Below are positions 39,691-54,945 of a stretch of DNA of 64,000 nucleotides, in pieces; the stretch's first letter is position 1; each line of letters starts with the position of its first letter. The stretch is from contig OX597824.1 of assembly GCA_951406725.2 (NCBI GenBank), forward strand, positions 41,354,001 to 41,418,000. Reading direction: 5' to 3'. The notes beneath the pieces were generated by a model. The model was not told where the DNA came from. It worked only from the letters and a program-made list of their open reading frames with translations, and did no database searches. This stretch comes from Octopus vulgaris. Taxonomy: Eukaryota. The position numbers were made by a program, and so were the translations under genes.

Positions 39691-40729
39691 GGAATATGTA
39701 TATGATTATGCGTGTGTGTGTTTGAGAGAGAGTCTGTGTGTATGTTTGTATAATTTCAATAATATAGGAAACTTTGAAAATTCAAATAATAAAGGCTATC
39801 TCGAAAGGTTGTTTTGTATTACTGTAAAAAATAATTTTTTTTCTTAGAGGCTTGTAGATTTAAGATGGAAATAAAATGTCCTCATGAATTTTGAAGACAA
39901 GTTATCAATTCCAATGTTTTGTTTTTCTTCTGATTGTTTTCTTTTTTTTTACGTTTGTAATAGCAGATTATTTTAACAATATTATTTTTTTCCCTGATCT
40001 AAAAAAAAAAAAAGTTGAAGTCAAATTTCTCTTTGTTCAATCCAGCGGCAGTTTCCATAAGCAACTTGCTTCGCCATCACTCGGCATTTTTTGACATTAA
40101 TGGGGAGATAACAATGGTTGAAACAATTGGAATGTCATGACAGACCAAATTTATACATTATATGTGTGTGTGTGTATGAATGTATGTATTCACTTTTCAC
40201 AGTCATCCATTGAAAAGGCAATGGATGTTTTCTAAATCAGAAACAATAAAAAAAAGAAAAGAAAACAGCTAAAAAATAAATAATTGTAAAAAGGAAAATT
40301 AAAGAAACAAGGTTTGTAAAATAGTGAAAGCCAAAAGAAGCTCATATTAATGTTGGAAATATACATAAATGAAAAATAATAGCCATATATACATATATAT
40401 GTATATTTATATACATATATACAGGTATGCACATATGCAAAGATATATGTATATATGTTTGTATATATATCACGTATATGGATATATCTTTGTTTGTATA
40501 TATCGAATTTTTGTAGAGATGCGTATAAAATATATATTAAATTAGTATAATGCATATATAAATATTATATATACATATTTTGTATATATATATATATTGC
40601 ATAAATATTGCATTTAATTTTTAAGTTTAGAAATTTATATGCCTGTATTTATAAGTGTATATGTATGTGTATATATATATACATATGTATATATATGCAT
40701 ATATATATATACACATATGTATATGTATA

Positions 40730-40776
<47 letters not shown>

Positions 40777-42327
40777 TGTATACATATATATGCGCATGAA
40801 TGTGTACATCTATGTTCATCGGTGTATATATGTATGCATATACATTCTTGTAACTTATTTATGTATGTATGTTTCTTATACATTTCTGCGTGCCAAGCTA
40901 AAAGGGTTTTTGTTTGCATGAAGGGTCAAATGATATGTTTTAAGGTTTCCACATTCCATTGAATTTATCGATAATGAAAAAATACATTTATCAAAATATT
41001 GACATTTTTTTAAGAAAAAATAAACTGGAACCTTGAAATGATATGCGCTTTCTTTAAATATTATTCTTTAAAGATGAATTTCTTGATTTAAACTTTTATT
41101 GCAGTGATAATTCTCAATAAAAAAAATAATGGAAAATAATAATAATCATAATATTTGCATCAATAAATATAATTTTTCTCTTTAAAAAAATAGTCTTAAT
41201 GAATTTTGCGGCAAGTTAGTTTCTTTTTAAATATCTTAAAATAACTTTATTAATATTTTTTCAAGTAATTTAAAGGCACATATTAAAAGGCAGCTGATTG
41301 ACAGTGTGTGTCTTAGTACGTGTGTGTTTGAGTGTGAGTGAGTGTGTATGTTGCAACTAAATGACTGTGGTTGATGTCATGCGTTGGTTAGTATTCTCCC
41401 TTTATTCAATTATAAAGGAGTCATGATGGGGCAGAACCTGTAGTTAGCGTGAGCTAGTAATTTGAGTGAATGTCTGGGATGTTCCATTAGGTGAATGGAT
41501 GCATTTTACGGGTTAGATTAGTTGAATAAGGCTGCGTAACGGATTAAGGCAAGGTTTAGAGCAACGGATATTGATTTCCTACAAGGCCTCAGATTTATTT
41601 AATCGGTGAGAGATGGAGTGGAAATGACATTTTAATATGAATTTAGAATTTTTTTCAAAGGCATTAAATGTCACAAGCGAGGTAACATAGCTACCGTCAG
41701 TGAACATAAATGTGTGAACTACGTTTTGCAGAGATTTTTTCCTCTACACTGCTAAGGAAAAGACGCTGAAACAATTAAACGCCATACTTCCTATATATTT
41801 GAGATGTACTCTCCACTAATGCACATATACCAGTATCAAATTTGAACGTCTGTCGACTTCTTGCTGTTCGTCCGATTTTTTTATTCACTCTGACTGTTTT
41901 AACATCGATCAATCTTTGAACCAAATATTGATCTCTCTTGACTTGGCACATGGGGTATTATTTTTCAGCAGAAATGTATTATGGTTCACTGAATTGGCTC
42001 TCTAATATATCTGTTTATGGTTATTCTTTATTTAATTCTGAAAGAATGAAAGGCAAATTTGACTTTAGCAGGGTTTGAACTCTTGAATAGCAGTGCAGAG
42101 AATGTATAACAAGAGTATAATTTGTTTCTTGGTCACTGCCATATTTAATGAACCGATTTTAAAAATTGTGAAAAAGAAACGATTTTGAAGAACGGCGAAA
42201 GACATGCTTAACTTCATTCTTTACTGTTAATCTGCATCCCAAAATTTTGGCAGATAAGTCGTTACTGTACAAAATACATTATGTAGTCCAATTAAAAAAA
42301 AAATGAAGGTAATGATGACGATGATGA

Positions 42328-42359
<32 letters not shown>

Positions 42360-42816
42360 ACGATGATGATGATAGGAATTTCTGTCTTTCGTCGAATGTC
42401 ACGGGTTTGTATGAGATAGTAAATGGAATAGAAGAAATTTTATATAGAATCCGGAGGAACGACGGCAAAGGGAACCCGGAAGGGATTTAAACTAAAAATC
42501 TAGAAGGGAAAAACACCACGGAAATTATATACGATGGCAATAATGATGTGTGTGTGTGTATGTGTGTGTGTGTGTATATACACACACACATACATACACG
42601 CAAATATATATTAATATACAATGCATATTCATATATATGTATATGGGTATAATTATAATTATGTTATATGTGCATTCATGCATGTACGTATGAACGTGTG
42701 TAAGTATGTAAGAATGAGAATGAGAAAGAGGTTAATGTGTGTGTTTGTGTGTGTGTGTGTGTGGTTGCTGATAAATGTGTGAACCAATGATGATGACGAT
42801 GATGATGATGATGGCG

Positions 42817-42886
<70 letters not shown>

Positions 42887-43511
42887 CCACCAACATACAG
42901 ATATAATACTATATGAGACACGCACCTCCAAATACACTTACATAAACATACACACACGTACATTTTATACATACATACACACACTCACACATACAAATCC
43001 TTACATATACTCATGTATACAAAAGCGCTTACATACATGCATAAATGCATATATGAACATATTCATACGTGCAAACATGCATCTATAAAACTCTAATCGC
43101 ATTCTTAGCTAAAGAAAAGTGGATTGATTATCTCAATAAGGAGTACTGTTGTCTCTGGTTTTTCGTTTTGCTGTTGGTTTTATCTCTTTAATATATCATA
43201 GTTTTTTTAAAGGGTGAAAGACGTGTTTGTCGCGTTTACTCCCTCGGGTCTTTGAATAAGTAGGGGATAGTCTGAGAAGACGTTTGAAACATTGGCGAAG
43301 TGTCCCGAAAGACTACGTTTTGGGGGAAACGTGTAAAGAAAAAAAAAAGAAAAAGTAGTAAATAAATGAATAAGAATGAAATAAGATATAAAATAAAAGA
43401 CAAAAATTAAAATGAATAATAATAATGGTTGTGAACGAAGAGCTAGGATGGAAGCAGTGAAGAGAGAAAGTGGAAAGAAACTATGAAAAATGAAAAAGAG
43501 GGGGACAAAAT

Positions 43512-43550
<39 letters not shown>

Positions 43551-43656
43551 CAAGGCAGAGAGAATGGGAAAGGGAGTGGTAGAAAGAAAGGAGAGACTCA
43601 TGGAAACGGGAACTTTATATAAGAGAGATAGTAAGGAAGAGAAAGAGCAAGGCACG

Positions 43657-43747
<91 letters not shown>

Positions 43748-44406
43748 CGGGAGACAGATGAATGGGCAAAAACAGGGAGAATGAGGGTGATACGGGGAAA
43801 TAGATGGGTAGATAAATACATTGATAGATAAATAGAAAAATAAAGAGAGAGAGAGAGAGAGAGAAACAGAGAGGGGTGGGGAGTGGAAGATAGAAAGACA
43901 GATAGACAGAAGCAGGGAGGAAAAGAAACAAAATGAAAGAGATAGGTAGATAGATAAATAGTGAGAGGGGGGTAAGAGGGACAGAGAGAGAGAGAGACAG
44001 AAAGAAAAAGAACGAAAGAAAGAAAACAGAGAGAAGGGAAGAGGGAAAGGTAGAAAATGTTTAGGGGAGGGGAAGTTGTGGGATGGATGGATATGGTGGG
44101 TGGGTGGGTGGGTGGAATGTGATAAAATGACATTTCTAAAACGACAGCTAAAATATTTGAGAAGAGAAAAGAGGTGAATTAATATAATTAAGAATGACAG
44201 CGAGGTGGAAAGTATTTAAAGTTCTTTTAAAAAATAAAAAAAAAGAAAATAAGTAAATAAAGAACAAAAAGTACTGAATAACAAAAATAAAAATTAAATA
44301 AAAACATCAATAGAAAATTAAACAGAAATAAACAAAAAGTGAAAGAAAGGAAAAGACAACTAGACAAGATGTAAATTTCTGCGCGGGAGTGTGTGTAAGT
44401 GTGTAC

Positions 44407-44446
<40 letters not shown>

Positions 44447-44525
44447 GTGGTGATACTGTGCAAATGTGAGTATGGGTATTAAATCATATATATATATATA
44501 TATATACATGCACATAAATAATATA

Positions 44526-44569
<44 letters not shown>

Positions 44570-44625
44570 TACATATATATTTGTGTACATAATTGTGCAG
44601 TTGATCACGTGTTTGTAACTGTAAT

Positions 44626-44657
<32 letters not shown>

Positions 44658-45472
44658 TGTATGTATGTATGTATGTATGTAGGGCTGTCTGTATGCGTAT
44701 GTGTGTGTGTGTTCCTGTATTCCGTACATACGTGCATATGCATACGTGTATGCATGGATTTAAGAGTTAGCATCTCTGTCATCCGTTTATTTGTGTGCAT
44801 ATGTGTAGATGTGTGCGAGCGAGCGAGCGAATCTGTGTGTCTATGCGTGAGAGTGTGTGTGTGTGCGTGTGTGTGTGTGTGCGTTTGATTAAAATACGTG
44901 AACCTTACGCGACAGCAATGCATGCCAGCATTGCGCCTGACTAACTCTTCCGCTGGGACCAACATTACGTCATACAAGGCTATGTTTCCATATATGGCAT
45001 GGTAAACCTAAATGGATCCCAGCAGAATATAACAAAAGAACCAAAATATGTGAAGCAAAAAAAACATAACAAAAAAAAACAAAGGCAAAAAAATCCCATG
45101 TATTTATATAAAAAAAAAAACAGTGAAAAAAACTTTAAACCAAACAAGAGTTATATTATTTCTTCATATGCTAATGGCCGTTACGAAGATATATTTCTTT
45201 CACAAAAATGAAGACCGAGAATAAATAAATAAAAGAGAGAAAGAGAGAGAGACAGATAAGGAGAGAAAAGGGAACACGAGAGAGGAAGTTGTGTTGTTGT
45301 TCATGCATTTCCCGAGGCCGTCACATGTGGAAAAATCTAAGCACAGCCTGTAACAGGATGTTCTCCAAAACCAACGGCGTAGCCTAATTCTCCAAGGAGT
45401 ATATCGCAGAGGGCTACAGAAAACAGAAAGCAGATATATATAACTATATTTATATATCTATATATATATCGA

Positions 45473-45564
<92 letters not shown>

Positions 45565-45977
45565 ATTATATATATATATGTAAGTATTTATGCATGTACA
45601 TATGTATATATATATATATGTATAAGAGTGGGGAGAGAAAGGGGGAGAGGAAGGGAAGCGTAAATGCACAGAAAAAACGCCACGGTAAGAAATTGCTGAC
45701 AAAACAAATTCTTGTTTTGCGTTCAAAGTGAATGCAATATTGAAAGCTATGGGAAAAACGAAAAATGAGTGGGTGGAACATAGAGAATGCGCGTGCGTGT
45801 GTGCGTGTGTGTGCGTGCGTCTGTGTGTGCGTGCATGTTTGTGTGTGTGTGTATGTGTGTGTGCATGTGTGTGAGAAAGAGGGAGAGAGAAAGAAAGATA
45901 GAGAGATAGAGAGAGCAAAATGGAGAGACATACAGAAGGACAGAGAGGGAGGTATAGACAGAACAAGAGAGAAGGTA

Positions 45978-46018
<41 letters not shown>

Positions 46019-46201
46019 ATAGAAAAATTGAGGAAAGACAGAATAAACGAGAGAGAGAAGAGTGAGAGAGAGAGAGGGAGAAAAAGAAGAAGAAGAAAAA
46101 GAAGAAGAAAAAGAAGAAAAAGAAGAAGAAAAAGAAAAAGAAGAAGAAGAAGAAGAAGAAAAAGAAGAAGGGAATTATAAGAAGAAACAAAAAGGGATGG
46201 G

Positions 46202-46275
<74 letters not shown>

Positions 46276-47252
46276 CGGAGACGGAAAGGAAAAGAGAAGG
46301 TAAGTTCTGAATCTCTCGTATCTTGCCTTGTCTAAAAGAGATGCCAACCAGAAAAGGACGAAGCGAAAAAGGATTTTTTTTTAATGTTCTGTTTTGGAAT
46401 TTAGAAATTGAAATAACGAAAAGTCATGTCTTGCTCGAAACATCTACGTTGGTCGGTGGATATGCTACAACTAGCAGCCACATGCCCCTCAGATCTCACC
46501 TTGCAGTCACAAACAAGGACCAGACACGTTAGAAAATGTTGGTGTAGATATGCTATAACTGGAAATAAAACAAGATGGTCATAGCTAAAACGCCGTTGAT
46601 CACAGGTCTCTCTGCACGATGCAGGCTGATCTTGATCTAAATAACAACAGCAACAACATTAGAAGGAGCATATGCAAGAATCCTTACTTCTTTTATCTTA
46701 AAAGCATTCTGATAGGAAAATAAATATATGTAACGGATGGAAGCCAGTGAGCGCAGAACATAAAGAAAAAAGATATATTTGTTTCAATAAGCCTTTGACT
46801 CTAAAACTTCCTAACGATTACTCTTGTTCAATACTTTCGTTTTTAAGTTTTATGACCTGCGTTGAGCTTCCATACTTGAATGTAGGTAAGTTTTCCTAAT
46901 CGTTACTCACTGAGCGCATGTAGCTTGCTATGGTCTTTGCACATTGATCAATAAACCAATTCAAACTGTAACTGTGCATAGATGGCACAAATAAAAACAT
47001 TCCTAGCGTGATCAGAGAGTCTAAGCGAATGCGGTGGGGGGGGGGGGCTGTTATTAGTCGAAGGACCGGTTAGAAATAACAGTTAAATCTCTTTCAAACC
47101 ATACCCTGTAATCTTAAGGCTAAGAACATATCGCATAATGTAGTCTAGTGTACTGTCACATACGTGATGGTCATGGCCGAAGCATTTTTGACGATGACCA
47201 ACAAGGAGCTAAACAGTGACAATTACACGAACCCAAAACTTGTGTGTACATA

Positions 47253-48476
47253 CAGTGGCTGGACAAAATAATGGAAACACCTAGCATCATAGCATCATAA
47301 TTTTGTAATATCTATAAAACCGTCAAAAGTTTGTTTTTATGTTTTTTGATTTCTTATAAGTGTTGCTTAATATGTTTTGCTAAAATTACAGTTTCTTTTC
47401 AGATATCATGAAAAAGAAAGGTAATCAAAATTCATTAAAATGACACATCTATCGGACTTTCAAAGAGGTCAAATCGTTAGTGCTCGCATGGCAGGTGCTA
47501 GCGTAACGAAAACAGCCGAAAGTTTTGGTGTATCAAGAAGTACTGTCTCGAAAGTAATGAGAGCCTTTGAGAAAGAGAGAAAAACATCCTCGTCGAAACA
47601 AAACTCCGGAAGAAAACCAAAACTTTCAGATAGGGACCGTCGGACTCTTACGTGAATTGTTAGAAAGGATCACAAAAGTACAGCTCCTAAAATTACTGAA
47701 AAGCTTAATGACTACCTCGAGAACCCAGGGAGCTGCAATCAGAAAACCACTACTTTCAAAAACAAATGTTGCAAAGCGTGTAGAGTGGAGTAAAATCCTA
47801 CAGAATTGGTCCCTAGAGCAGTGGAAGAATGTTATTTTCTCGGACGAGTTATCCTTTACCTTATTTCTGACCACCAGCGGAGTATACGTGTGGAGACAGC
47901 CAAAAGAAGCATTTAACCCAGACTGCCTTCCTCCAACTGTTAAACATGGAAGAGGATCTGTGATGATCTAGGGGCGAGTTAGTGTCTGGGGGGGCTATAT
48001 CTTGGAAATCTGCCGGTCCAATGGTTTCCCTTCATGGCAGAATTAATAGTTAAGACTATTTAAGTATTTTATCTGATCAAATTCATCCTATGTTTGCGGA
48101 ACTGTTTCCGGAGGGAAACGCAATCTTTCAGGATGATAATGCACCAATTCACACAGTTAAAGTTGTTACTGAATGGCACGAGGAACATTCTAGTGAAGTT
48201 GAACATCTTATCTGGCTACCACAGTCCCCAGATCTCAATATTATTGAACATTTATGGTGCATTTTAGAAAATATTCTACACTATCATCACTACAAGAACT
48301 GGAAACTGTTTTAGCTGAAGAATGGACAAAAATTCCTTTCGAAACCAATTCAAACTTTATACGACTCCATATCTTGTAGAATTCAAGCTGTAATTACTGC
48401 CAAAGATGGTCCTACTCCATATTAAAATAAATTTGCTTGAAATTTTAAGGTGTTTCCATTATTTTGTCCAACCCTG
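47253..48476 (+). mobile_element. Near-complete Tc1-family DNA transposon with disrupted transposase
   Basis: TIRs CAGTGGCTGGACAAAATAATGGAAACACCT / AGGTGTTTCCATTATTTTGTCCAACCCTG; TA at the left end and one base past the right end; fragments LSDFQRGQIV, GRKPKLS, VIFSDE, IFQDDNAPIH, PQSPDLNIIEHLW (DD34E-type) split by stops and frameshifts. Confidence 0.95.
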
Positions 48477-48517
48477 GTACATACATGCATACATACATAC
48501 ATACATACATACATACA

Positions 48518-48549
<32 letters not shown>

Positions 48550-48684
48550 CATACATACATACATACATACATACATACATACATGCACATACATTCACGT
48601 ACATACAAACATACATATATATATATATATATATATACATACATACATACATACATACATACATACATACATACATACATTATA

Positions 48685-49502
48685 CAGTATCTAACAGAAG
48701 TATGTACACCCCTGAAAAATTTAAGTAAAATTGCCAATACTCTGATAATATCGAAGGAAATCAAAGGAAATTTCTACTGAATAAAATATATGATACGTGC
48801 AAACATTATATAAATTTGGAACACAAAACAATACGTATTTTCAAAGATATGAACGAAATATTAATTATCAAACGATGCAAAAATATGTACACCCTGAAGT
48901 AAATTTGCTATATTTTATATATGTTATCCACTTTTTTATTTTTACTAAATTCAGATATTGCTGATAATTTCAATTCTAATAAATTATTTCCCCTGACATT
49001 TTGCACCGGTCATTGTTATTGCATCTGCAGGAATTCTGATTTGTGTACCGTGGTGAAATATTAATTGTGATTAAAATGGCACTAAAAGGAAAAGAATTGT
49101 CTGAAGATTTGAAGAGAATTATTCTTAATTTGCACATGAATGGTTTAGGATACTAGTTAATTAGCAAACGAATACATATCAGCGTAAACACAGTTGCTAA
49201 AGTAATTCAGAAGTACAAAGCTACTGGACGACTAAGCTATACGCATCATCCAGGTCGTCTTTCTATTTTAACTGCGCGTGATATTTACGACATCCAACGT
49301 TGCGTGATGGACGACAGGCGTCGTACCGCTTCATCTTTGGCCCAAGAAGTGTATTCTGCTAGTGGTAAGAGTGTTTCTGCCCAAACAGTCCGTCGAAGTT
49401 TGAACCAGTGTGGTTTTCATGGGCGCATTCATTCGTTATTATGAGAGTAATGGCAATTTTACTGAAATTTTTTAGGGGTGTGCATACTTCTGTGAGATAC
49501 TG
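48685..49502 (+). mobile_element. Internally deleted Tc1-like element (IR/DR-like left end)
   Basis: ~65-bp TIRs CAGTATCTAACAGAAGTATGTACACCCCTGAAAAATTT / AAATTTTTTAGGGGTGTGCATACTTCTGTGAGATACTG; inner repeat TATGTACACCCTGAA at ~48885; N-terminal transposase MALKGKELSEDLKRIILNLHMNGLGY* from 49076; catalytic domain absent. Confidence 0.9.
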
Positions 49503-51552
49503 TGTGTGTGTTTATGCATCTATAAATACATGATACAACTATAAGACATAATTGGAACTGTAAAAGAATGCGAAACATTTCAAAAGTTTAGCATCGCTCA
49601 CACGCACGCACACATATTCACACACCTATAAACACATACAAACGAACACACTCACACACAGGCACACACAGACACAGACACACAGACACACAGACAGAGC
49701 GCACACAGACACAGCACACACACACAAACAGATACACACGTGGATGTTTGTATATGAACCGATAAAATGCGACTAACACATACTAATTAAAAAACCCAAA
49801 TACAAGTTTAAAATAGTCTTAGCGAGATCATCGTTGCATTTGTTGTTATTATTGTTACAGTTGATGTTGTTGTGAGTGTTGGATCTTAACTATTTTAACA
49901 TCACACAATTCATTAAACTAATCCCGAAATATTGTGAAATAAATAAAATATACAAAACCAAACCAAACCAAACCAAAAGAGATATCTAAATTTGTTTACA
50001 AAGACAAATGACATCGTTCTAGTTGCTGTCTGGGACTATGCTAAAGGTGGCTATTGTTGTTGTTATTATTATTATTATTATCGTCATCTCCAGCACCATA
50101 TTAGTAGTTTAACTGATGTAAGGAGCAAAAAGGAAGATGTAATAACAAGAATATTAATGGGCGGCTAGGCATCTTGCATAAACAATATGAACAAAACATT
50201 GCCCCCCTCCTCCTTTCACCCACAAACAGGACATAGCAGCAACAGCAACAACGACAACAACAACTTCCATGTGTAGAGGAATGACCACAAATAGAGGGGA
50301 CATTGGTTAAAGATCGCCTGAACTTTGGCAAATTTGAATAAAACGAGAGCAACAGACCCATCACCACACAATCCTTCGTTCACACACAAGAGCTTGTAAA
50401 CATACTTAATATTGTAAAATATTCTAAGATTGCCTATTAAATGAAGGCACTTACAAATGAAACGCTTAAACATCCATATATGTGTGTGTGTGGGGGTGGG
50501 GTGCGTGTGTATGTGTGTATGTGTGTGTGTGTGTGCATGTGCTTGAGTGTGTGCATGTGTATGTATGTATGTATGTATGTATGTAGATACATATGTATGT
50601 TTATATGTATGTATACACATGCATACTTGGATACATACAAACATGCATATTTGCATATGTCACATACCCACATGCATACATTTGTGCATACATGCAAAAA
50701 TACACACAGACATACAGAGTGATATACAGGCAAAAAGAAATTCGCCATTACTATCGAATGTGGGATGAATGTACCAAGAAACCCAGAAAATTATTCCAGG
50801 CATAAAGTTATAAAACATAATAAAATAAAAAAGATTAAAAAAGTAAATATATAAAAATTTATCGATATAGAAATGAAAACAGCCCCTCGCCGTCGTCGTT
50901 GTCGTCGTCGCCGCTGTCGTCATCGTCGTGATAATCATCATAATCAACTAGCTAACGAATCAGAGCGACTGACTTGGGAAGCGCGACATATAAGGTTAAA
51001 AGCCTCGTTCGAGTCAGCAATGAATAATTTCACCGCCATTTTAATTTAATGTCGTCTGCCTGTGACTAGACTGACTAGCCAAACAAATGTTATCTGTGTC
51101 CCATCACGCTTCCGGTTCACTTTTTGTAAACGAATGTTCACAAATTTCATGTGTATGTATATATATATACATGTTTTTGGCATGTGTATGCATGTGTGTG
51201 TACTCGTTTGTTGATGTATGTACTTGCATATGCATGTGCTTATATATTTATGCATGTGGATTGTGTGAGTATGTGTGTATGCATGATCGTCATTATGATG
51301 TTCTCCATTGATAAGAGGGTGTCCGCTTAAGTTTTCTGCGAGATAACTATAGCCAAGAAGGAAGGTTTTTAATACCTATTTATTTCATCAATCCACTCTC
51401 ATTCCAAAAGAAAGAATGTTTTCAGTCCAATTCGATTGGAATTGCACTCAAAACATGGGACAATGAATTTTTACAACGTTTTGTTCCGACGTTTATTTAC
51501 GTTTATTTACGATGTTTTATTCCGACGAGCATCTGTTTCGATCATTACACTA

Positions 51553-51614
<62 letters not shown>

Positions 51615-51869
51615 TAATAATAATAATAATAAGAAGAAGAAGCAAGATCAAGGTGATACTGATGATGAAAATAATGATGAGAATGATAACTATGAGGTAA
51701 AGAGAATGCAACATAAATTCTTAGAGGAAAGTTTAATGCTTAAGGTTTTCTTCCTGAGATTTTTAGAGCGATTAGTAAAGTCTTCCAGACCTGAGAGTCG
51801 AACCCGATTATTGTCTTTATTTAATGCAAAATAAATAAATAAGTGAATATGAATGATTGTATTTAATGT

Positions 51870-52706
51870 GATCACGTGTATGCTATAGTCTGCGATTTTG
51901 TCATGGACAAGAAATTGGAAGAAAGAGCCAATGTGAAATTTTGCGTTAAACTTAGTAAGTCTGCTACAGAGGCATTAAGCATGCTTCGGCAAGCTTACGA
52001 AGTCTGTCAAGATCTCCGTCAGCGTGCCGCTGATGACCCATCCTTCATGTCGAGGATCATTACCGGTGACGAGAGTTGGGTGTATGGGTACGACCCTGAG
52101 ACGAAGCGGCAGTCATCATAACTGAATAGCCCTTCATTTCCACGATCGAGGAAGGCACGACAGAACCGCAGCTCTATCAAGAGCATGCTCATCATTTTTC
52201 TCGACATCCGCATTGAGGATCGATTATTCGTCCCCCAGGGCCAGACCGTCAATCGAGAGTTCTACTACAACGTTTTAAAGTGTTTGGGGGAGGACATTCG
52301 GCGAAAGCGACCGGATCTGTGGAACGCGAAGAATTGGATTCTCCACGACGACAATGCACTCTGTCACCAAGCTTTCGACAAAGAAAAACATGGTATCGCT
52401 TCTGCACCCGCCCTATTCACCAGATTTAGCACCTACGGACTTCCATCTCTTCTCCCAAGATGAAAAGGCAGCTGAAAAGTCACCGTTTTAACACCGTTGT
52501 CGAGATCCAGAGCGAATAGCAGAAGGTCCTCGACTCGCTCACGGAAAAACGACTTCCAGGCAGGGTTCCAAAAGTGATAGGAACGCTGGAACCGGTGGGC
52601 AAGGTGACTATTTCGAAGGAGATAATGTTAAAACTTGGGTAAATAAGTTATTATTATTTTTTTTTATTAAACATAACTAGTCCAGGAACATTTTGATACC
52701 ACCTCG
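51870..52706 (+). mobile_element. mariner transposon, deleted copy with right TIR
   Basis: ITGDESWVYGYDPETKRQS, QGQTVNREFY, WILHDDNA, HPPYSPDLAP-like; right TIR ACTAGTCCAGGAACATTTTGATACCACCTCG|TA matches the left TIR at 9956. Confidence 0.92.
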
Positions 52707-52954
52707 TACACGCTCTCGCAATCTCCATCATTCATTGCTTTAATCGGCATCCAGTCGCCAATCTGTACATCTATCTTATCTTTACACAAAACACCACGAA
52801 GCCAACGTAAACATTTTCGGCTAGAACATTTGTGAATGAATGCCAATTGGTAACATACGAAAAAAACAACAACAAAAAAAACAAAAAAACAAAGAACAAA
52901 ACAAAAAACAAACAAAAAACAAACAAACAAAAATAATCTACATAATTAATAGTG

Positions 52955-53520
52955 CAGAATATTACGGAATGATATGCTAATATTATCGGGATATTATTCA
53001 GTGTTAAGAGGGATCTTAAAACAAAGATGGCGAATGATTTTAGAATGCCAAGGAATGCTAATACGTTTAATGGAATGTCAACGAAATTTAGCCACAGTAA
53101 ATAATTACTAAAATAAAAATAAAATCTCTGTACGTGAATAAAGATCAGCAGATGTCAAGGAATGTCAAAGAATTGTAATATTGAGATTTGTCGAGGAATA
53201 GCGAGAAATGTTATGGAATGTTGAGTAATATTAAATTTTGATACCAAATAATGGCGAATCTTATGGAATGATTTTCAAGGTTAAGGAATGTCAAAGAATA
53301 CTATTGAGATTAAGGGAATGCATGTGAAAGTTAAACAATGTTTGTAATTGTTGGGAAATATGTAACGAATGTTTATTTGCGGAGGATTGTTTAGGGTTGT
53401 TGTTTATGAAAAACGAAAATTTTCTCTTTTGGTTCATAGTATTCAGCAAACGTTGTTTTAAGCATTCAATGTAATGATTTTGAATGCTAGCAGTGAATGA
53501 CTAGCGAATGCTATTGAAGT
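52955..53520. repeat. Degenerate minisatellite built from ~10-bp GGAATGTCAA-like units
   Basis: Recurrent GGAATG/GAATG words; AAGGAATGTCAAAGAAT...ATTGAGATT at ~53157 and ~53283. Confidence 0.6.
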
Positions 53521-53703
53521 TTGATTGGATTTCACAAAGCAAACGTCATGCAGGGTTAATCGTTATTGGTTAATGGCTGCTATTATTACTGAATACTAAC
53601 AGATGGTATGGTAGTTAGTTGTAAAAGTAATTTCCTACACCAAGATAGTACTGAATACTGAGTGAGAGGAAAAAAATCAAATTTATATAAGTATATACAT
53701 ACA

Positions 53704-53772
<69 letters not shown>

Positions 53773-54909
53773 ATATATATATATATATATATATACATAC
53801 ACACACACACATATATTACATACACATGTGCGTTCATGGGTATATGTATGTGTGTCTATATATGTGTACATGTGTGTGAGCATATATACACACACAAACC
53901 TTTTTATTTTCCCAAATAAAGAAAGAGAAGGGATATTTTTGCAGACAATAAAAGTATCATTGTTTGTTTCGTACATATGTTTGAGTGTCGGTGGTGGGGG
54001 AATAGGGCAGGTGCAGGGAAAAAATGTCTGGCGACTGGAAACTATGAATATGGGACGAGACGAAATTTTTAAAAAATAAACATAAAAATACCCTTAAAAC
54101 TGAGTGACGAGAAAACTTTCAATAAAATTTTTCTAAAGGGGCTTTTTGTAATGTCAATAAAATAGATCTCCAATTTCAGAAAAATGACGAGTTGTCAGTT
54201 TTAATTTTTTTTTCCTCCACTACATTTCAATTTCTTACTGGAGCCCAAGACTGTTAAACTATAAAAATTATAGTTAAAGGCAATGATACGTGATTCAAGA
54301 ACATAAGTGAAAAAATGAATTAGCTTCAACCGGAAATCGAAACCGGATCATGGACTCGGTTCGCCGGGAGGGTGCCACTTACTCTAAGGCGTTCACTATT
54401 TTATAAAAGGCTGATATGAAACAAGAATTTTAAGAATTTTGAAAGGCCAAATGTTCGTAGAAAGATGGTAGCAGGAAGAGAAAGGGAAAGAGCTGTGTTA
54501 TATTTTCCTGCTTCTGTTTTGGACGAATGTCGAAAATTTAGCATTTTATTATAATTTTATTGTTTATTTTTTTTATTTCTAAAACTATAGTTGTTTTTTT
54601 AATTTTTCTGCTGCTGCTGCTGCTGTTGCGGCTATCATAAAAATATGCGTGTAATAGGCATAAGTATTTCGTGAAAATGCTCGTGGTTGTGGTTAGGTTT
54701 AGTGATGGTTTGTTAGAATGTCATTTGTAATAGTAGTAGTAGTAGTAGTAGTAGTTATTGTTACTGTATTAGCGATGGTGGTGGTGATCAAGAAAAGTTT
54801 GTTGAAAGGAGAATAGGAAAAAAAACGAATAACTATAGATTAGGTCTTTCCAGGAGTCATGCCACATTTCATGCGATGAAATTTTCAAATCATCTTTACC
54901 GTCAAATTA

Positions 54910-54945
<36 letters not shown>

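Noticed and set aside
45556-46347. 263-aa Leu/Ser/Phe-rich ORF
   Set aside because: Translation of (GA)n/(GAA)n polypurine tracts.
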